From Candidatus Binatia bacterium (GTDB taxonomy: Bacteria; Desulfobacterota; Binatia; Bin18), in the NCBI GenBank assembly GCA_963664395.2, contig CAXXIS010000005.1, forward strand, positions 1 through 16,710: a stretch of 16,710 nucleotides of DNA, given 5' to 3'. How positions within the stretch are numbered: position 1 is the first letter of the stretch; the number at the start of each line of letters is the position of its first letter. Positions 10,238 to 16,710 of the stretch are shown here, piece after piece. The notes beneath the pieces are model-generated. The model was not told where the DNA came from. It did no database searches and saw only the letters and a list, made by a program, of their open reading frames with translations. A program made the position numbers and the translations under genes.

Positions 10238-10643
10238 GTAGAGCGTTTCTTTTCGAGGGTCGCGTGCAGCCGCCGGAGCATGGGATGGTATTGACCTTTA
10301 ATCAACGTTTCCGCCTGGAGAGCGACCTCTTCCTGATAGGTGTGACTCAACAGGTTGCGTTTGCCTAAGGCGTCCAGAAAAATCTCGCAGTCCTCCTCGT
10401 CGAGATAGTCTACCTCGAAACTCTTGCGGATCACCTCCCGCGGGACTTTGATGTCATACCCTTCATAAAAGAGCAGGTCTTTTAAGACGTTCCAGGCAAG
10501 CTCAAAGGAAAACTCGAAAGTCTGCACCAATCCAGCCCGTTCAAGGTTGGTGTACGAATCCTGTTCGCATGCCTCGTCTAACTGCGAGAGCGCCTTACCG
10601 AAATTGTCCAAACGCTGTTGCCAGCGTATTTCATCGGTATTGC

Positions 10644-10647
<4 letters not shown>
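10234..10647 (-). CDS. HEPN-domain protein (HI0074 / nucleotidyltransferase substrate-binding family; HepT-like RNase toxin)
   Basis: 137 aa. [35 protein letters not shown] and PREVIRKSF are typical of the HI0074 family. R97-NLLS-H102-T-Y104 matches RX4HXY. It lies directly upstream of an MNT domain. Confidence 0.9.
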
Positions 10648-12305
<1,658 letters not shown>

Positions 12306-12415
12306 GTGCTGTTTCTCCCGTTCTCGTCACACCGACGCGGCTTGACCCTGATCCGCCTTGACTGAGCCGGTGCGTATGGGCTGTGTTTGAATATGCAGGC
12401 AGGGACACGGCGGTG

Positions 12416-13204
12416 CTATTTCCCCTCAAAGCGGGGGCGGCGTTTTTCCATGAACGCTTTTACCCCTTCTTGGTAGTCCTGGCTCCCGAAGCAACGGGTT
12501 GACCAAGTCTTGACGGCATCCATGTCGCGCAGGGTGGCCGCTTTGGCACTCTCTCGGACGAAAAACTTGTGGGCCGCCACACTCAAGGGAGCGTTATCAG
12601 CCATCTTGAGCGCGTATTCACGGGTATAGGATTCAAGCTCGGCCTTGGGCAGGACGCGATTGACCAGACCCATATGGGCCGCCTCTTCGGCGTTATAGAC
12701 CCGGGCGGTCATAAGAATCTCGGCCGCGTTGGAGACTCCGACGATATGGACGAGCCGTTCGACCCCCCGCTCAAGTGGATAGGCAATACCCAGACGGGCG
12801 GCCGGAATCCCAAAGCGGGCATCATCGGCACACAGCCGCAGGTCGCACATGACGGCCACCGAACAGCCCCCGCCCATGCAGAAGCCATGAATCATGGTGA
12901 TGACCGGCTTTTCCAAGCCGGCGAGCGATTTTAGCGCTCCGTCTACCGCCTGGTTATAGCCCCGCGTTGTCTCAGCCCCGGAGCGGACCTTGCCAAACTG
13001 CGAAATATCGGCACCTGAGACAAAGGCTTCCTCGCCCGCGCCGCGCAGGAGGAGGACGCGGAGATCATCATCGGCGGCGACCTCGGCGACGAGTTGTGGC
13101 AGGGTGTGCCACATGTCAAGGTCAACCGCATTGCGACGCTCGGGTTTGTTGAAGACAATCCAGGCTAAAGGGGGCTCTTTGTGAAGAAGGAGTGTGTCTG
13201 ACAT
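12416..13204 (-). CDS. Crotonase-superfamily (enoyl-CoA hydratase/isomerase-like) protein
   Basis: FNKPERRNAV, AFVSGADISQF, KPVITMIHGFCMGGG, FGIPAARLG, DYQEGVKAFMEKRRPRFEG. The likely start is ATG 13204 (AGGAG 7 nt upstream), not 13252. Confidence 0.92.
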   Translation of the reverse strand: MSDTLLLHKEPPLAWIVFNKPERRNAVDLDMWHTLPQLVAEVAADDDLRVLLLRGAGEEAFVSGADISQFGKVRSGAETTRGYNQAVDGALKSLAGLEKPVITMIHGFCMGGGCSVAVMCDLRLCADDARFGIPAARLGIAYPLERGVERLVHIVGVSNAAEILMTARVYNAEEAAHMGLVNRVLPKAELESYTREYALKMADNAPLSVAAHKFFVRESAKAATLRDMDAVKTWSTRCFGSQDYQEGVKAFMEKRRPRFEGK

Positions 13205-13483
13205 CGCGAGCTCCTGTGTTTTTTCTTTTGCGCGGTTGCGTCCGCCAACCATAGCGCTCTGGCTGGGGTGTTGTCCATTGCTGTGTCTCTTCGCTCGCCC
13301 TCACCCGGAATGTTCCGGCTGCCTGGTATTCCTTCTCTATCCAGTGTATCATCACGATAAAAGAAGTTGACTTTTAATGCGCCCTTTCTCTAGCAGAAAT
13401 ATTCTTTCACAAACTTCATACGACCCCCTGCCGTAGTGACACACGTTGCGTAATTTTAGCGGCAGGAAAGACAGGGGGAAAAC

Positions 13484-14563
13484 ATGGCAGATGGCTGGCA
13501 AAATAAAGGAGGCGCTTCGCCTAGCGAGGAACTCCTCCAAGGTCTTGAAGACCTGAAACGGACCATACAACGTTTTACCAAAGGGGCTGGTGTCTGGCTA
13601 ATCGTCGCCGCCCTTGCGCTGTTGTGGCTTGGCTCCGGTTTCTATGTGGTCGGTCCGAGCGAACAGGGTATCGTGCTGCGTTTTGGCGCAGTGGTGAATG
13701 AAATGGGCCCTGGCTTGCGCTTCCATATGCCGTGGCCGATTGAAAAACATGTTGTGGTGGATATTGCGCGGGTGCGCAGCTCCCAAGTCGGCTACCGTCC
13801 GTCGGCAGCAGCACCGGGACGGAGCGGTGGGAGCGGTACCCGTACAATTCCACAAGAAGCCTTGATGTTGACCGGAGACGAAAACATCGTTGAGGTCAAC
13901 CTGGTGGTGCAGTATCGCATTCAGGACCCGGTCAAATATCTTTTTGGTGCCTATGAGCCGGAGGGAATGCTGCACTCATCGGCAGAGGTCGCTCTGCGCA
14001 GTGCGGTTGGCGGGAATACGATTGACTACACGATGACCGACGGCCGGCTTGAGGTGCAGGAGCAGGCCAAGAGCGCGCTCCAGGGACTTCTGGACGTGTA
14101 TCAAACCGGCCTGTTCGTCACCGAGGCCCGCCTGCTTGCCGTCGATCCTCCCAATGAAGTGCGGGATGCCTTTAACGATGTCGTCCGGGCCCTGGAAGAC
14201 CGAGACCGCCTGCGCCAGGAGGCTGAAGGCTATCAGGAAGACGTCGTGCCCAAGGCGCGGGGTGAGGCGGCCCAGATGATACAGCAAGCAGAAGGGTACA
14301 AGGCGCAGCGGGTCATCCGCGCCCAAGGTGACGCCGAGCGTTTTCTGCGCATCCTGGCCGAATATGAGAAATCCAAGGCGGTGACACGCGACCGGCTCTA
14401 CTTGGAAAGTGTCGAGCGGATCATGCCCACTATGGAAAAATTCATTATGGATGCACAGAACAGCGGGGGTGTTGTGCCCCTGTTGCCGCTGAAGGATCTT
14501 GGCTCAGGCGCGGGCGCGGCCGCGGCCGCGGCCGGTGCCGTGGTGAGTCAGGAGGCGAGATAA
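13484..14563 (+). CDS. hflK: FtsH protease modulator HflK
   Basis: Single N-terminal TM, then GFYVVGPSEQGIVLRFG, PGLRFHMPWPIE, LMLTGDENIV, PPNEVRDAFNDV, VPKARGEA, AQGDAERF, VTRDRLYLE. Immediately followed by hflC. Confidence 0.95.
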   Translation: MADGWQNKGGASPSEELLQGLEDLKRTIQRFTKGAGVWLIVAALALLWLGSGFYVVGPSEQGIVLRFGAVVNEMGPGLRFHMPWPIEKHVVVDIARVRSSQVGYRPSAAAPGRSGGSGTRTIPQEALMLTGDENIVEVNLVVQYRIQDPVKYLFGAYEPEGMLHSSAEVALRSAVGGNTIDYTMTDGRLEVQEQAKSALQGLLDVYQTGLFVTEARLLAVDPPNEVRDAFNDVVRALEDRDRLRQEAEGYQEDVVPKARGEAAQMIQQAEGYKAQRVIRAQGDAERFLRILAEYEKSKAVTRDRLYLESVERIMPTMEKFIMDAQNSGGVVPLLPLKDLGSGAGAAAAAAGAVVSQEAR

Positions 14564-15430
14564 ATGGTACTGCGATTAGTTGTCGGGCTGGGTTTAGTCC
14601 TTGTCTTTGTGGCTGCCCAAGCTGCTTTCACTATTGGTGAGTGGGAGCAGGGGATGGTGGTGCAGTTCGGGAATCCCAAGCGTATCATTCAGGAGCCCGG
14701 TTTATACTTTAAGTTGCCGATGGCCCAAAATCTGGTCCGCTTTGAAAAACGTGTCCTCACGACAGATGCCCGCGAGTCCGAATACATCACGCTCGATAAA
14801 AAGCGTGTCCTGGTGGACCATGTTTCCCGCTGGCGTATCGAAGACCCCCTCCAGTTCTACCGGAGTGTACGCGACCGCCGCCGGGCCATGGCCCGGCTGG
14901 ATGACATTATTTCCGCCCGTCTCCGGCAGGAAATTGCCACGCACAATTTTCTGGACCTGATCCGCGAGAAACGCGAAGACATTATGGCTATTGTCACCAG
15001 GGATACGCGCGAGACCGCGAAGTCTTTTGGGATTGAAGTCACCGATGTCAGGATCAAGCGGCTCGATCTGCCTGAAGCAGTGCAGGCCAGCGTGTTTGCG
15101 CGTATGCGAGCGGAGCGGGAACGGATTGCCAAGCGCTACCGGGCCGAAGGGGAAGAGCAGGCGCAGCATCTCCGGGCGGTCGCTGACCGGGAGCGTGAAG
15201 TGATCCTCGCCACGGCGTATGAGTCGAGCGAAAAGCTGAAAGGCGCGGGCGATGCCGAGGCAACGAGTACGTATGGGCAGGCGTTTGGGCAGGATGCAGA
15301 GTTCTATGCCTTTACGCGTCGGCTCCAGGCGTATGAGAAAATTCTGAGCAACGACACGACTTTGATCTTGAATACCGACTCGGAACTCCTGAGCTATTTG
15401 CAGGGGCCGGGGCAGGGCCTGAGCGAATAG
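14564..15430 (+). CDS. hflC: FtsH protease modulator HflC
   Basis: PGLYFKLP, ITLDKKRVLVD, WRIEDPLQFY, GIEVTDVRIKRLDLP, VFARMRAERERIAKRYRAEG, GAGDAEA, EFYAFTRRLQAY. Starts directly after the hflK stop (TAAATG). Confidence 0.95.
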   Translation: MVLRLVVGLGLVLVFVAAQAAFTIGEWEQGMVVQFGNPKRIIQEPGLYFKLPMAQNLVRFEKRVLTTDARESEYITLDKKRVLVDHVSRWRIEDPLQFYRSVRDRRRAMARLDDIISARLRQEIATHNFLDLIREKREDIMAIVTRDTRETAKSFGIEVTDVRIKRLDLPEAVQASVFARMRAERERIAKRYRAEGEEQAQHLRAVADREREVILATAYESSEKLKGAGDAEATSTYGQAFGQDAEFYAFTRRLQAYEKILSNDTTLILNTDSELLSYLQGPGQGLSE

Positions 15431-15444
15431 GCGAGTCGGGGGAC

Positions 15445-15711
15445 ATGCCCGGACTTTTTCGGCTGCTGCTTTTTCTCGGGATTGGATACCTGATTGTTTC
15501 AGGCATCCGACGGCTCTTTCTGCCGGCTGCCGCGTCGAGCCAGAAGCAAGCCGTACACACTACGGACCTGGACAGCGTGCCCTTAGTCCAAGATCCTCAG
15601 TGTGGTCGTTTTGTTCCGCAGAACGAAGCGATTGTGGTGTCACGGCGCGGTCGGTCCCAAACGCTCTATTTCTGTAGTGAAGAGTGCCGCGCCGCCTACA
15701 AGGCTGCATAA
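15445..15711 (+). CDS. Small membrane-anchored YHS/TRASH-domain protein (putative metal-binding)
   Basis: Hydrophobic N-terminus, then LVQDPQCGRFVP...LYFCSEECRAAY, matching the DPxCG...YFCSxxC pattern. GGGGGA lies upstream; the gene starts 14 bp after hflC. Confidence 0.8.
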   Translation: MPGLFRLLLFLGIGYLIVSGIRRLFLPAAASSQKQAVHTTDLDSVPLVQDPQCGRFVPQNEAIVVSRRGRSQTLYFCSEECRAAYKAA

Positions 15712-15722
15712 GGTCCCGACCC

Positions 15723-16637
15723 TTACCGGAATGCCGGAATGATCTCTTCCCCGATCAGGCGTGTATTTTCGTCAATATAGTCCGTTGGGCAGGCCGAGGG
15801 CAGGATGACCGTTTTCGCTCCCGCGTCAATATACTCCTGAAGGCGCTTGCGACATTCTTCGGGCGTTCCGGCGAGCGCGTATTTGCCGATCAGCTTGGAA
15901 AAATCCTGGGCATATTGTTTGCCCAACCGGCTTGCCGCCATCTCCCGACCTTTCTCGCCGTCCGCATGGGTGGCCGTAAAGATAAACACACCGGGATTAA
16001 ACGATTCGACATCCCGCCCGTACTCTGTGCGCAGACTTTTGATCTTCTCAATACTGTCGTGCAATTGTTCGGGCGTATACATATACGGCAGCCAACCGTC
16101 AGCATATTTTGCCGTGCGTTTCATGGCCGGTTCCTTCCGGCCCGCAACCCAGATGGGCGGACGCGGTTTCTGAACGGGCGCCGGCTCAATACTGACTTCA
16201 TTCAGCGTGGTGTACTTCCCCTCAAAGGACACGGTTTTCTCGGTCCATAAGCGACGGATCACTTCGAGGGCTTCGTTGGTACGTGAGCCGCGCTGATTCA
16301 CGGGCACGCCACACGCCTCGAACTCTTTTGGAAATTCTCCGCCAATGCCAACGCCAAAGTTGTAGCGTCCATTTGAGGCCACATCGAGCGCGGCCCCCAT
16401 TTTTGCCACAAGTGCGGCTGGATATAACGGCAGGAGGACGATGGAGCTGAGCAGTTTAATCTTCTGTGTTGCGCCGGCCGCAACCGAGAGTGAAATGAAT
16501 GTGTTGCCGACCGGACCGTGAAACATGACGTGTTCGCCGCAACCGAGGAAGTCAAAACCTAAGTGCTCTGCACGCTGGGCAAACTCTCCAATATGGTCCA
16601 TTGTTGGCAAAGCCGTCCCAAATTCAACATCTCCCAT
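15723..16637 (-). CDS. LLM-class (luciferase-like) flavin-dependent oxidoreductase
   Basis: AEHLGFDFLGCGEHVMF, LDVASNGRYNFGVGIGGEFPKEFEACGVP, RGSRTNEALEV, PVQKPRPPIWVAG, ADGWLP. RBS AGGAGG upstream of ATG 16637. Confidence 0.93.
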   Translation of the reverse strand: MGDVEFGTALPTMDHIGEFAQRAEHLGFDFLGCGEHVMFHGPVGNTFISLSVAAGATQKIKLLSSIVLLPLYPAALVAKMGAALDVASNGRYNFGVGIGGEFPKEFEACGVPVNQRGSRTNEALEVIRRLWTEKTVSFEGKYTTLNEVSIEPAPVQKPRPPIWVAGRKEPAMKRTAKYADGWLPYMYTPEQLHDSIEKIKSLRTEYGRDVESFNPGVFIFTATHADGEKGREMAASRLGKQYAQDFSKLIGKYALAGTPEECRKRLQEYIDAGAKTVILPSACPTDYIDENTRLIGEEIIPAFR

Positions 16638-16710
16638 ACGTCCTCCTACCGAAGTGATGTTCCCTCATATCTGTGAACGCGGAAAAGAATCAAGCCGCCC
16701 CTGGGCCGTC

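Noticed and set aside
13122-13570. Small ORFs 13122-13355 and 13352-13570, and possible promoters in the divergent intergenic region
   Set aside because: The ORFs overlap real genes and have no motifs. TTGACT at 13367 lacks a convincing -10 at proper spacing, so no promoter was called.
14516-14533. (GCGGCC)x3 tandem repeat in hflK
   Set aside because: It simply encodes a low-complexity Ala run in the variable C-terminal tail.

Overview
GC-rich bacterial DNA with three blocks. (1) 1-4600, minus strand: a TetR regulator, an RND periplasmic adaptor and an RND permease that runs off the left edge, with a palindrome-rich, probably leaderless promoter/operator. (2) 4657-12305, minus strand: a type I restriction-modification operon interleaved with extra genes, in the order hsdM - HEPN RNase-type toxin (RX4HXY) - minimal nucleotidyltransferase (GSX10DXD) fused in frame to HsdS - coiled-coil/TIR NADase-type protein - hsdR. 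All four junctions are ATGA stop/start overlaps. This is the most interesting part: a candidate 'guarded' RM system with two suicide-type effectors, one of which has its antitoxin tethered to the specificity subunit. (3) 12416-16637: metabolic and housekeeping genes (crotonase-family enzyme, hflK, hflC, a small YHS/TRASH protein, an LLM flavin oxidoreductase). By manual reading, about 18 small (1-2 base) frameshifts break the four genes in positions ~100-6460 and none occur to the right. They are most likely sequencing or consensus errors, so hsdR and the efflux genes are probably intact in vivo. No RNA genes, CRISPR array, integrase or transposase were seen.
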